Below, one piece after another: positions 22,993 through 33,701 of a stretch of DNA of 64,000 nucleotides. The first letter of the stretch is position 1. Each line of letters opens with the position of its first letter. The position numbers were made by a program, and so were the translations under genes. The stretch covers positions 62,001 to 126,000 of the forward strand of contig JAUPSS010000002.1 of the NCBI GenBank assembly GCA_040285825.1, read 5' to 3'. Under the pieces are notes generated by a model. The model had not been told where the DNA came from. It was given only the letters and a program-made list of their open reading frames with translations, and searched no databases. The stretch comes from Eukaryota sp. TZLM1-RC (Eukaryota; Protista; Metamonada: BaSk clade).

Positions 22993-23505
22993 TTGTAAAA
23001 TGTAAATAAATTTTTTTATTTTAAAATTTTTTTACATCACTTTACTTGAATTTTTATTATAGATTTGATTTGAAAAAAAGACGGAAATTCTTATTTCATG
23101 GTAAAAAACAGATGCAAATACATTTATATAGCTACAGCAAAGCTGTTGTGATTACAGATTCTGTAAGATTCTACTCTAGCTCAAATAGACAATAAATACT
23201 AAGCCACAGAACTGGAGAATTGCAACTCGCCACAGATAACAGTAAAAGAAGAAAGAATAGAAGATTTAGTTCTTCCTATAAAATTCCTTGGAAATTTGGG
23301 GTATCTTGCATTTGATTATTTGGGCAAATTGTTTGTGGTGTATTTGTTACAATTATCAGTCAACGATTTTAGCCCCCAGGATGTAAATGGTAGAAAGAAC
23401 TGATCAAAATTTCGGTTTTTTTAGAAAATTTAATATTTTTCTGGACATTCATCAGTTTTCGAATGATTAAGCAGAATCAATAAATGTTCACACAAAAGAT
23501 ACAAC

Positions 23506-23584
23506 TGTTGCCTAAAGTCTATTGTAGTAAAGAAAAGTCTGATTTATTTTCTATTCATATTATATAAGCCTTAGGGCGCCAACA
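23506..23584 (-). repeat. 3' LTR of element C (79 bp)
   Basis: Identical to 30615-30693; TGTTG...CAACA termini. Confidence 0.96.
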
Positions 23585-23718
23585 CTGCTTCTTCCCTTTT
23601 TCAAAATAAATCAGCTTATATGAATATGAAATAAAAACTATATACAATTAACAAAACAACTATAAAAAATACATATAATCGATATAATATAATATAAATA
23701 ATCGATATAAACTAAGAA

Positions 23719-26700
23719 TTAGCTCCTCTTCCTAATTCTATTACTGCGTCTAGGCTTCTTAGAAGGCGTAGACTCATTGGAGGTACCTTGTCGTCGACTA
23801 ATGGTACGTTTTCCAATTTTCTTGTTATCCTTACTAAATAACTTATAAGCTTCTGAGTGTCTAACCGAGTGGAGTGGCTCTTCTGTTGTCTCACCGCCAA
23901 ACCACTGAACAGTACAGAAGCTACCTGAATCAGAGTGGTATTCTGAGAGGATTTTCTCTATAACGTGCTTTTCGGAATCGCCCGCAGCGACTGCCTTGAG
24001 GAATTCAATGTCCTGTGGATTTTCTGCGTTATAGATTTTGCAATCTTTCTTGGCAGCTTTTAATTCTGTGCCAGTAGTAAGATTCTTCAATAATAAAGTG
24101 GATTTGGAAGGAAGATCAATAACTAAAAATGGTCCATTCCAAGATCCATGCAATTTATTATTTTGCTTGGTTTTACGTAAGACGTAGTCACCAATATTAA
24201 ATACTGTAAAACACGAATTAGTATTATCTACTGAAGACGGAGTATTTAATGTTTGGTGACGCTCTGCTTCTTCCCTTTTTTCTTGTAGACGAGTGTATTT
24301 CATTTTGATGTCATCTAATAAAGGGATATTAGTTTCAAATTTGGATAAATTTCCTAATATATTAGCAGGGTCTGTTCTTGGACTAATCGAAGAACCGAAC
24401 ATGAGTTCGTATGGGGTAAAACCAGTTTTTCTGCTTTTAGTAGAATTTATTAATAGTTGGGATATAGGTACGTATGTAGACCAATTTCCGTAATCATTGA
24501 AATCTATTAATAGTTTCCTTAAGCACTGAAGAACGTCTCTATGTTTACGTTCTACAAGTCCATTACTTTCTGAATAGTGGGGAATTGAGTTACTCATCTC
24601 AATCGCTAATCTGTTACACACTATTTTGAAAGTCTCATTGGCGAACTCAGGTCCATTATCACTATGAATTAACATAGGTATGCCGAAGATAGCGCCAACA
24701 TTCCAAATCAAGGCATCTGCGGTTTCTAAGGCATTGAGTTCTTTTAGAGGGACTAAAATTGTATATCCAGTAAAAGAGTCTACAAATACTAATAGATATT
24801 TATTTCCTTCGTTGTCAGAATTTAGGGGTCCAATTGTATCGACATTTAATCTGGCAAAAGGACGATCTGCCCATAAAGATCCTGTGGAAGGTGTTTTTGA
24901 TCTTTTAACTGGAGCCGTTTTTTGACAAGTTGGGCATCTTTTGACATGATTAATAAGGTCCTTTCTCATATTGGGCCAGTAGAAATCGCTTTTGGACAGT
25001 TTGTGTAAACTATCATTTTTGCTGGGGTGACCAGATTGAACCAAACCATGTATTAATAATAGTGCCTGTTTTCTGAGGCTCTTTGGAATCAAAATTTTGT
25101 TTTTATTATTTTTCCAAATTTGAGTGTTTACATCTAGAATTGCGTTATCAAATAAAGAGTCGTTGTTGTTTTTGGCTATTTGTTGTTCAGATCTTATCTT
25201 AGACAGCCAAGAAGAAAAAATAGGTAGGTCTTGGTGTCTACTTAGAGATGAGATTGAAGGGATGTCTTCAAGATCCGAATCAGAATCATCGTCTAGTGGA
25301 GGTATCTCGTAATTCGAAAGTAAAGTGTCTGGTATAGTTATACTACAAATAGAAGGAGTTTCCTCGTTTTGATCCAAATCAATATTCCTCGATAGCATAT
25401 CTGCCCAATGGTTGTCTTCACCAGGTTCGTGGACTATGTCAAAGTCGAATTCAGATAGTATCGGCAGCCATCTCTTTACAATTCTATTTTTCTCTGGGGC
25501 TGTAGCCAGGAATGCAATGTTTTTATGATCTGTGAAAATTGTTAAATGTCTAGTTAACAAGTAGCTTTCTAAACAACTTTCAGTTAAAATCAGAAGTATT
25601 GCGTATAATTCTTTTTGTAAGGTGGACCATTTTCTTTGTGTTTCTGTAAGTAATCTACTATAGAATGACAAAGGTTTCACTTTCCTTTTATTTAGCGGGG
25701 TTCCTGCAGGGGAGTAGGGTTCAATTTCTTGCCAAATAACACCTCCTACTGCTACATCTGAAGCGTCAGTACTTATCAATACTCGCTTGCCCGGAGCTGG
25801 TAATTCAAGGGGCATGTGGTTTACTATTAGGTCTTTTATTTGTTTTAAGTAATCGTCATGCTTGCAAGTCCATTTAATTATTCTGGGTTTTCCTTTAATT
25901 AGCTCGTTAATTGGAGCAATTAATTCAGAAATACCTGGAAGCCAATCTCTAATATAATTGATGGATCCTACCAATGAGCGAACTTCTTTCACTGTTTTTG
26001 GTCTAGGGATTCTCATCAAGGCTTCGATTTTTTTCTTACTTATAAATCTAGTTTTATCCTGGAAGGTACTTCCTAAAATGTCGATAGGGTGTTTTGATGT
26101 TACGAATTTACATTTACGTAAGCCTATATTTACACGTCTATTTCTGGCGCATTGGAGGACTCTTTGTAATCTCTTATAGAATTCTTCGAAAGTCGTTCCA
26201 ACTATTATGATATCATCAATATATATAAAAACGCCATCAATTTGGAATATTTCCATCATTACATTTTGAAAAACTGCTGGGATGTTCTTTAATCCGAAGC
26301 AAGCTCTTTTAAACATAATTGATCTTCCAGGGATTGAGATTGATGTTTTCTCAATATCCTTCTCAGCAACATTCATCTGCCAGAAAGCTTTTGGTAAATC
26401 AAGCGTGGCGATGTAATTTGCTCTACTCAAAAATTCTAATATATCACTAATCCTAGGTAGATTAGGCTCTACTGAAATCGTATGGGCATTAACTCCATCT
26501 TTACCACTAAAGTCTCCAGTTAACCTGGGTTTTTTGCCGTCAGGGTATATAACTAAGACAATAGGAGAGCTGAATTTATAATTAGATTCAACTGCATAGC
26601 CCATTTCGATCAGTTCATCAAATATTTTGTTTGCTATTTCCAATTTGCTGGGATTTAACCGTCTAGCAGGTTTATGTACTATAGCATTCTCATCTCTAAA

Positions 26701-29700
26701 GGGGATTGTTAGAGGATTACAATCGATTCCTTTTCTATTAGGAGTTTCACTAAAAACATCGCTGAATAATTTTAGTAGACTCGTTAATTTTAATTTATTA
26801 TTACTATCATCTAAATTTATCTCACATCCAGATCTTGCTAATTGCTCCTCAAAATCAGAGGGACTTGGTGATTGGTTATCTAAGTTCCCAATCGAATGTT
26901 GAGCGATCCTAGAGTCGAATTCTGATTCTGCATTTAGCAAAGTGCGGTGTTCTTTGTCTAATCTAATGAAAAGACCATCATCCGTCTGAAGCCCAAGTGC
27001 TTTTAACATGTCTGTCCCTATTAATAATTTGTTCGAACCCGGGTTTATGGGAAGAGTATGTTTATAATGAACTTGTTGCGCAATGCTTCCTACGTTGAAC
27101 GACAGAATACCAGTTGCACTCCCTAGCGATTTTGTGGATACGTTATTAGCTGGTAAGAACTTAATAGTATCCTTGCTATTGATTGACATATGGCATTGTT
27201 CAGCTAAATCTGCAGTAATAACTGAACAAAACGCAGCCGAATCTATAGTCGCAATCATTTTAATATCATTTATTGATATCTCCAGTCTTAGAAATGGAGA
27301 ACGCTGGGACCTGATGTGGTTTTCACTAACCGTAGAATTAATATCAAAAATGCTATTGATATCAGAGTTGGTTTGGTGAATTTGTAGAGGAATTAAAAAA
27401 TTTTGTGGAGCTGTTGGAAAGTTGTTGACTGGGTTTCCTAAATCGGTTGTTGATTGGTTGTGATTGATTGCGTTGATATGTATCCGATTAGGAAAGTTGC
27501 CTGTCCTGCTGTTCCGGTTGCTGTTGTTGATCCGTCTGTGAGGAACCGTACTCGAACGGGTCGGTTTTGACTCAGTAGGGGATGTGTTTGATGATATGTC
27601 CTCTGTTGTGTTTATGTTATGTATAGGTCTGTACTGACCTCTTCCTTTATGACCTCTATAACGGCCTCCACGGCCTCTAAATTTGAATCTATGTACACGT
27701 CTACCACGGCCACCTCGGCCCCTTTCTACACTGCCTCTACTAGCAGGCGCCTCCTGTTCTCCTAATCTGAATCTTTCTTCTTTGGGAACTCTGCTTCTAG
27801 CGCAACGAGGATCTTTGCATTCGAATGCAGTGTGGCCAACAGGATTGTTACCTTCGACGTTGCTGCAGAATGTACAGAATTTTGACCCTTCTCGTTCATG
27901 CTTTTCAGGGATGTATTTGTGTTGAGGGGTTCCTCTTGACTTTCCACCTGAACGTCTTGCTCGTTTTGTTGGAGCCTGGGCTGATGGTGTTACTCCTCTT
28001 GAGTAAGTTCTCATTGCCGTGAGTCCCAAAGGAATATCTTCTTCGTTAGCCCTGTTCCTTAGTACATCCATTGTGGGCTTGTTTCCTGCTGTGTAACACC
28101 AAGCGAGGAAATGTCTTCTCGTTGTCGATATCAAATCGAGTAGAGTTGTTCTGTTCGGTGAGTCCCACAAGGATTCCCTAGTCCATACTGGGAGGAGTTC
28201 GCTTGAAATAGCAAAGTTATCCAGACCCATAAGGAAGTACTCGGCTATAAGAGCGGGAGATATGGTTATCAACCCACTGCTTCCTCTAATTAAATCAGGG
28301 ATGGTTAGGTCGGTCATGTAGGTGGTCATTCTCAAGACGTCTCCAAAATCTTCTACATAACGACCAAACTCGTTGTCAGCCTCATGCCTATTGTGGATTT
28401 TCCTCCAATTTATTCTAGGCTTCATTAGAGCTGTACAAGCCTCATGATATGATGTGAATTGCGTTCTTTTTAACAGAAATACCATGACGTCGGCGTCGGT
28501 ATAATCAACACCGAGTAAACCTTGACTCTGCCATCTAGATAGAAGGCTAGGGTCGATCATGCTGGATATTCCTGTGGGGCAAGTGCTCATCATCATGCTC
28601 CTAAATAAATCATAATGGTGGATTGGGGGTCCGAGCTTATCTGTTATAGCTGGATCAATCCTTACCAAAGGCTGTGTTGTATCCCTGGTGATCTCGTCGC
28701 GTATATGTTTGGGGAGATCTTTAATCCTATCTTGGGTTATTTCTGCTTGGCCTTCTCCAAATAGCTGGGTAGCTATCATAAAGGCTCTGGTCCAATCTGA
28801 TTGACCTGGGGCTTCGAAGCTTCTATTAGCTATCTTTCGCCCGTATTTATCCCAAGTTTGATATTTTAAAAGAAAAGCTATGATAGACATTTTGTTAATA
28901 GGGTCATCAGCGGATAATCGAGGTCTTTTATAGTCGATATCCTTAGACCGTGGATCAATCTGTCTATGAAGGCTACTAGCTATGCTCATGTCAATAGCTC
29001 TTCTTGAGGATTGTAGGTCCTCAATACGCATAGGTCTATCGGAAGAAGGGTCTCTTACTGAGGGTTGAGGAGGAGCCGTTTCTCCAACGACTGGCCCGTT
29101 CAACTCAATATCTTCTCCAATTTCACTTTCCATGGGTTGAGAGGAAGTTGGTTCTTCCTGAGGTGCAACGTCTTGTCTTGTTACAGGTTCCGGGACGTTC
29201 ACTGTTGGAACATGATCGGGTATGCTGTCGATAGAGCAGACCTGTATTGGTTGGCTTTTTTCAGAAATTATAGGGGCTACAACAGGTAGTTTGGGAAGGT
29301 GGAGAGATGTGGATGGATCTCCCGTTACCCATTGTCTAAACTCTCGTTGTTTTGTGAACGAGTTACCATGTTGTTGGGTGTAGTTGTTAGGACGGCTCCT
29401 ATACGTGGATACAGCTGATCGTTCCGTATGAATGTTATTTAGAGCGTCTGCATCAAACCAGGGGGTTACTGGTTCAAGCTTGTCTGGTTCACTACTATCC
29501 TCCTGCTCCATAAATTCCCTAAAATATGTGGGAGCACCCTCTGTCAGCTCCGTGTAATTATGGATTTCCGTATCAAAGTTAGGATCAAACCAGGCAGGCA
29601 ATTTGGATTGTAGGATGTCTTCCGAGTCGGTCCTACTTCTCTGTTCGATGGAGAGAAACCTTATTCTCCTGCCGTATTGATCTAGGAAGGAGGCCTTCCA

Positions 29701-30528
29701 ATCCAATCTATCTTTGATGGGAAGAGACATCAATTCATTGATTCTCTTGTCCATTCCAGAGATTCTGGGCCGGCGTTCTGCGTTACGCCCGAATGTCTCT
29801 CTACTCAATTTATCGAGTGCCTTTATGAGTTCGTTCCTTTCATTGAGGGGAATTTCCAATACCTTTTGGGTATCCCCAACCATTCCGAGGGTCTGGAAAC
29901 CAACGTTTCTGCCTCTTTTTTGAACGTAACTCCATAAAGGGGGAAGTTGCTCGAACAGACAGAAATCTGTTGGTTCGAGGTAAGCCTCCGCGTCCTTTCT
30001 TAATAACTTGTAGAACCCCTCAGAAGAGTCGTCTTCTCCCTCCATTTCATCTAGTTGAGATTGAATTTCTTCATATTCTCCTAATGGGGAAGACGTGTCT
30101 AAGGTGGGATCTCCATCCGTTCCCTTTGAGACAGGTTCTAGAGTTGGGAGGGGAGAGGGAGCCGGGTCCGTTCTCGTTGCCTCTTCCATTGCTCTGAGGG
30201 GAGAGGGAGCCGGGTCCGTTCTCGTAACCTCATCTGTTACTTTTTTCCTGAGGGGAGAGGGAGCCGGGTCCGTTCTCGTTACCTCTTTTGTTACTTTTTT
30301 CCTGAGGGGAGAGGGAGCCGGGTCCGTTCTCGTTACCTCTTTTGTTGCTGAAGATGAAGGGACCTCGTCCACTTTCTCACCTTCTTCTACTTTAAGGGAG
30401 GGGGAGGTGGGATCCGGGTCCGTTGCCTCGTTACCCTCTATGTTGTGCATATGTGTTGCTGGTACTTGCTGCATGTTAGATGTTGTCTGTAAAGTGTCAG
30501 AGATATCCTGTGCTGGTTTGTCTGACAT
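23719..30528 (-). CDS. Gag-Pol polyprotein of element C (2269 aa)
   Basis: Expanded knuckle CTFC-x10-H-x4-C, protease TIDSAA, RT YIDD, RNase H TDASDVAVGG, integrase HHCC plus DTIGP/SDNGPEF/SNGLVER, GPF, chromo-like HVIEKIL..VQWFGGETTEEP. Confidence 0.96.
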   Translation of the reverse strand: MSDKPAQDISDTLQTTSNMQQVPATHMHNIEGNEATDPDPTSPSLKVEEGEKVDEVPSSSATKEVTRTDPAPSPLRKKVTKEVTRTDPAPSPLRKKVTDEVTRTDPAPSPLRAMEEATRTDPAPSPLPTLEPVSKGTDGDPTLDTSSPLGEYEEIQSQLDEMEGEDDSSEGFYKLLRKDAEAYLEPTDFCLFEQLPPLWSYVQKRGRNVGFQTLGMVGDTQKVLEIPLNERNELIKALDKLSRETFGRNAERRPRISGMDKRINELMSLPIKDRLDWKASFLDQYGRRIRFLSIEQRSRTDSEDILQSKLPAWFDPNFDTEIHNYTELTEGAPTYFREFMEQEDSSEPDKLEPVTPWFDADALNNIHTERSAVSTYRSRPNNYTQQHGNSFTKQREFRQWVTGDPSTSLHLPKLPVVAPIISEKSQPIQVCSIDSIPDHVPTVNVPEPVTRQDVAPQEEPTSSQPMESEIGEDIELNGPVVGETAPPQPSVRDPSSDRPMRIEDLQSSRRAIDMSIASSLHRQIDPRSKDIDYKRPRLSADDPINKMSIIAFLLKYQTWDKYGRKIANRSFEAPGQSDWTRAFMIATQLFGEGQAEITQDRIKDLPKHIRDEITRDTTQPLVRIDPAITDKLGPPIHHYDLFRSMMMSTCPTGISSMIDPSLLSRWQSQGLLGVDYTDADVMVFLLKRTQFTSYHEACTALMKPRINWRKIHNRHEADNEFGRYVEDFGDVLRMTTYMTDLTIPDLIRGSSGLITISPALIAEYFLMGLDNFAISSELLPVWTRESLWDSPNRTTLLDLISTTRRHFLAWCYTAGNKPTMDVLRNRANEEDIPLGLTAMRTYSRGVTPSAQAPTKRARRSGGKSRGTPQHKYIPEKHEREGSKFCTFCSNVEGNNPVGHTAFECKDPRCARSRVPKEERFRLGEQEAPASRGSVERGRGGRGRRVHRFKFRGRGGRYRGHKGRGQYRPIHNINTTEDISSNTSPTESKPTRSSTVPHRRINNSNRNSRTGNFPNRIHINAINHNQSTTDLGNPVNNFPTAPQNFLIPLQIHQTNSDINSIFDINSTVSENHIRSQRSPFLRLEISINDIKMIATIDSAAFCSVITADLAEQCHMSINSKDTIKFLPANNVSTKSLGSATGILSFNVGSIAQQVHYKHTLPINPGSNKLLIGTDMLKALGLQTDDGLFIRLDKEHRTLLNAESEFDSRIAQHSIGNLDNQSPSPSDFEEQLARSGCEINLDDSNNKLKLTSLLKLFSDVFSETPNRKGIDCNPLTIPFRDENAIVHKPARRLNPSKLEIANKIFDELIEMGYAVESNYKFSSPIVLVIYPDGKKPRLTGDFSGKDGVNAHTISVEPNLPRISDILEFLSRANYIATLDLPKAFWQMNVAEKDIEKTSISIPGRSIMFKRACFGLKNIPAVFQNVMMEIFQIDGVFIYIDDIIIVGTTFEEFYKRLQRVLQCARNRRVNIGLRKCKFVTSKHPIDILGSTFQDKTRFISKKKIEALMRIPRPKTVKEVRSLVGSINYIRDWLPGISELIAPINELIKGKPRIIKWTCKHDDYLKQIKDLIVNHMPLELPAPGKRVLISTDASDVAVGGVIWQEIEPYSPAGTPLNKRKVKPLSFYSRLLTETQRKWSTLQKELYAILLILTESCLESYLLTRHLTIFTDHKNIAFLATAPEKNRIVKRWLPILSEFDFDIVHEPGEDNHWADMLSRNIDLDQNEETPSICSITIPDTLLSNYEIPPLDDDSDSDLEDIPSISSLSRHQDLPIFSSWLSKIRSEQQIAKNNNDSLFDNAILDVNTQIWKNNKNKILIPKSLRKQALLLIHGLVQSGHPSKNDSLHKLSKSDFYWPNMRKDLINHVKRCPTCQKTAPVKRSKTPSTGSLWADRPFARLNVDTIGPLNSDNEGNKYLLVFVDSFTGYTILVPLKELNALETADALIWNVGAIFGIPMLIHSDNGPEFANETFKIVCNRLAIEMSNSIPHYSESNGLVERKHRDVLQCLRKLLIDFNDYGNWSTYVPISQLLINSTKSRKTGFTPYELMFGSSISPRTDPANILGNLSKFETNIPLLDDIKMKYTRLQEKREEAERHQTLNTPSSVDNTNSCFTVFNIGDYVLRKTKQNNKLHGSWNGPFLVIDLPSKSTLLLKNLTTGTELKAAKKDCKIYNAENPQDIEFLKAVAAGDSEKHVIEKILSEYHSDSGSFCTVQWFGGETTEEPLHSVRHSEAYKLFSKDNKKIGKRTISRRQGTSNESTPSKKPRRSNRIRKRS
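30139..30345 (-). repeat. Coding minisatellite in gag of element C (4 x EV/ATRTDPAPSPL, 48-54 bp units)
   Basis: GGGGAGAGGGAGCCGGGTCCGTTCTCGT occurs four times. Confidence 0.9.
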
Positions 30529-30614
30529 GATGAGATATCTTTGTTAGTAAGTTAATGAAGTTTGCTGAGGTTGTTAGTGGTATACCTTTTGACTTTAAAA
30601 TGGCCAATAATTAT

Positions 30615-30693
30615 TGTTGCCTAAAGTCTATTGTAGTAAAGAAAAGTCTGATTTATTTTCTATTCATATTATATAAGCCTTAGGGCGCCAACA
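30615..30693 (-). repeat. 5' LTR of element C (79 bp)
   Basis: Identical to 23506-23584. Confidence 0.96.
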
Positions 30694-31240
30694 CAACCTT
30701 TTAATCTTAATGCTCCAACATTCGAAACAATACAATTTTTATTTAAATATCACAGCATTGATTTTTTTGGAAATTCAAAGTGCGAAGACAACAAAAAGTT
30801 ATACATAACGAGACCAATGTCATTATTGTGGAACACCTCCTTTAAATCGTCACCTTGATGTTGATCTCACAAATTATTCAACCGTTTAAAAAGCAATTGT
30901 TGATCACAGTCACCAATTGATTGTGAATAATCAAGTTGCAAGACTTTGGATGAATTTTTTATCTAGTCAAAATTCAAACTACAAATTTCTGTTCAAAATG
31001 ATCCAAGAGCACAGTATTCAAATGTTGTATTAATCTTAATGGCAGATTGTCAGACTGTATCAATGTATTGAAACAATCCAATATTTACTTAGAATGCGTA
31101 CTAATTGGTATAAGTTCTTGTGCAGAAAAAGCAACATTGCATTCAACTAATCAGAATTGTTCAAGGTCAATCATGTCACATCAATGTCTGTCCTCCTTCT
31201 CCTCCTCAAAAGATGACAGCATGTTCTATTACACTTCCAC

Positions 31241-31741
31241 ATGTTTGCTCAAGTGCTGAAAGCTACCTGCTCTGTTTACTCTCCTTCTCGTTCAAAAAAC
31301 ACCAAAAATGTTGTTGAAAGAAAAATTGCCCAGCAAGTTCTATACAAAACTGAAATGTGTCGCCTGCTTATCGAGAAGGGACATTGTTCTTTTGGTGATC
31401 GTTGCAACTTTGCCCATTGCGAATCTGAGTTGAGACCGAAAATCTGCCACCCAAAGTTCAAATCTGATAAGTGTAGATCATTTCACGAAGATGGGTACTG
31501 TTCTTATGGAAGCCGATGTCGTTTTGATCACTCTTCACGTCATTCTTCTGCTCCAACTAAACCTACCAGCTCTAACATTCCCTCTGTTTGTATGCGTGGT
31601 CCTTCTTCTCTGATAGTGTTCCCAGACCCACAAAATGATGACCAGATCAATCGATTGGGTAATGTAGAGAAGTATTCCAAACGGTTACCCTTGTTTGAAC
31701 GTCTTTGTTCTTCACTGCCCCAGGGATGTACATTAATATAA
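31241..31741 (+). CDS. TTP-like CCCH zinc-finger protein (copy 7, intact; P>S in finger 2)
   Basis: 166 aa, GYCSYGSRC. Confidence 0.9.
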   Translation: MFAQVLKATCSVYSPSRSKNTKNVVERKIAQQVLYKTEMCRLLIEKGHCSFGDRCNFAHCESELRPKICHPKFKSDKCRSFHEDGYCSYGSRCRFDHSSRHSSAPTKPTSSNIPSVCMRGPSSLIVFPDPQNDDQINRLGNVEKYSKRLPLFERLCSSLPQGCTLI

Positions 31742-32798
31742 TTGTAAAATGTAAATAAATTTTTTTATTTTAAAATGTTTTTTTACATCACTTTACTTGA
31801 ATTTTTATTGTAGGTTTGATTTGAAAAGAGACGGAAATTCTTATTTTATAGTATAAAACAGATGCAAATACATTTATATAGCTACAGCAAAGCTGTTGTG
31901 ATTACAGATTCTGTAAGATTCTACTCTAGCTCAAATAGACAATAAACACTAAGCCACAGAACTGGAGAATTGCAACTCGCCACTGATAACAGTAAAAGAA
32001 GAAAGAATAGAAGATTTAGTTCTTCCTATAAAATTCCTTGGAAATTTGGGATATCTTGCATTTGATTATTTGGGCAAAATGTTTGTGGTGTATTTGTTAC
32101 AATTGTCAGTCAACGATTTTAGCCCCCAGGATGTAAATGGTAGAAAGAACTGATCAAAATTTCGGTTTTTTTAGAAAATTTAATATTTTTCTGGACATTC
32201 ATCAGTTTTCGAATGATTAAGCAGAATCAATAAATGTTCACACAAAAGATACAACCTTTTAATCTTAATGCTCCAACATTCGAAACAATACAATTTTTAT
32301 TTAAATATCACAGCATTGATTTTTTTGGAAATTCAAAGTGCGAAGACAACAAAAAGTTATACATAACGAGACCAATGTCATTATTGTGGAACACCTCCTT
32401 TAAATCGTCACCTTGATGTTGATCTCACAAATTATTCAACCGTTGAAAAAGCAATTGTTGATCACAGTCACCAATTGATTGTGAATAATCAAGTTGCAAG
32501 ACTTTGGATGAATTTTTTATCTAGTCAAAATTCAAACTACAAATTTCTGTTCAAAATGATCCAAGAGCACAGTATTCAAATGTTGTATTAATCTTAATGG
32601 CAGATTGTCAGACTGTATCAATGTATTGAAACAATCCAATATTTACTTAGAATGCGTACTAATTGGTATAAGTTCTTGTGCAGAAAAAGCAACATTGCAT
32701 TCAACTAATCAGAATTGTTCAAGGTCAATCATGTCACATCAATGTCTGTCCTCCTTCTCCTCCTCAAAAGATGACAGCATGTTCTATTACACTTCCAC

Positions 32799-33299
32799 AT
32801 GTTTGCTCAAGTGCTGAAAGCTACCTGCTCTGTTTACTCTCCTTCTCGTTCAAAAAACACCAAAAATGTTGTTGAAAGAAAAATTGCCCAGCAAGTTCTA
32901 TACAAAACTGAAATGTGTCGCCTGCTTATCGAGAAGGGACATTGTTCTTTTGGTGATCGTTGCAACTTTGCCCATTGCGAATCTGAGTTGAGACCGAAAA
33001 TCTGCCACCCAAAGTTCAAATCTGATAAGTGTAGATCATTTCACGAAGATGGGTACTGTCCTTATGGAAGCCGATGTCGTTTTGATCACTCTTCACGTCA
33101 TTCTTCTGCTCCAACTAAACCTACCAGCTCCAACATTCCCTCTGTTTGTATGCTTGGTCCTTCTTCTCTGATAGTGTTCCCAGACCCACAAAATGATGAC
33201 CAGATCAATCGATTGGGTAATGTAGAGAAGTATTCCAAACGGTTACCCTTGTTTGAACGTCTTTGTTCTTCACTGCCCCAGGGATGTACATTAATATAA
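32799..33299 (+). CDS. TTP-like CCCH zinc-finger protein (copy 8, intact)
   Basis: 166 aa; both fingers and RLPLFERL present. Confidence 0.92.
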   Translation: MFAQVLKATCSVYSPSRSKNTKNVVERKIAQQVLYKTEMCRLLIEKGHCSFGDRCNFAHCESELRPKICHPKFKSDKCRSFHEDGYCPYGSRCRFDHSSRHSSAPTKPTSSNIPSVCMLGPSSLIVFPDPQNDDQINRLGNVEKYSKRLPLFERLCSSLPQGCTLI

Positions 33300-33701
33300 T
33301 TGTAAAATGTAAATAAATTTTTTTATTTTAAAATGTTTTTTTACATCACTTTACTTGAATTTTTATTGTAGGTTTGATTTGAAAAGAGACGGAAATTCTT
33401 ATTTTATAGTATAAAACAGATGCAAATACATTTATATAGCTACAGCAAAGCTGTTGTGATTACAGATTCTGTAAGATTCTACTCTAGCTCAAATAGACAA
33501 TAAACACTAAGCCACAGAACTGGAGAATTGCAACTCGCCACTGATAACAGTAAAAGAAGAAAGAATAGAAGATTTAGTTCTTCCTATAAAATTCCTTGGA
33601 AATTTGGGGTATCTTGCATTTGATACCAGGTTTGATACCTTTTACTGCTGAACAATGATTTTCTATTCGAGAGTGTTTCAGCTTGAACAAAAACTGTAAA
33701 C

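Larger units (their letters stand above)
23506..30693 (-). mobile_element. Intact Ty3/gypsy chromovirus-like LTR retrotransposon (element C, 7188 bp)
   Basis: Identical 79-bp LTRs (23506-23584, 30615-30693); 4-bp TSD CAAC (23502-23505 / 30694-30697); PPT AAAAAGGGAAGAAGCAG; single 2269-aa ORF. Confidence 0.98.
7178..33624 (+). repeat. Tandem array: 8 copies of a CCCH zinc-finger gene unit, period ~1556-1560 bp, interrupted by two LTR elements
   Basis: ATGs at 7328, 8888, 10444, 19375, 20933, 22492, 31241, 32799. Spacing is 1556-1560 bp after removing the inserts and their 4-bp TSDs; units are near-identical. Confidence 0.97.

Noticed and set aside
12508-30547. Many 60-150 aa antisense or overlapping ORFs within gag-pol and the array spacers
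   Set aside because: Shadow ORFs without motifs, mostly with non-ATG starts; no env-like or accessory ORF is supported.
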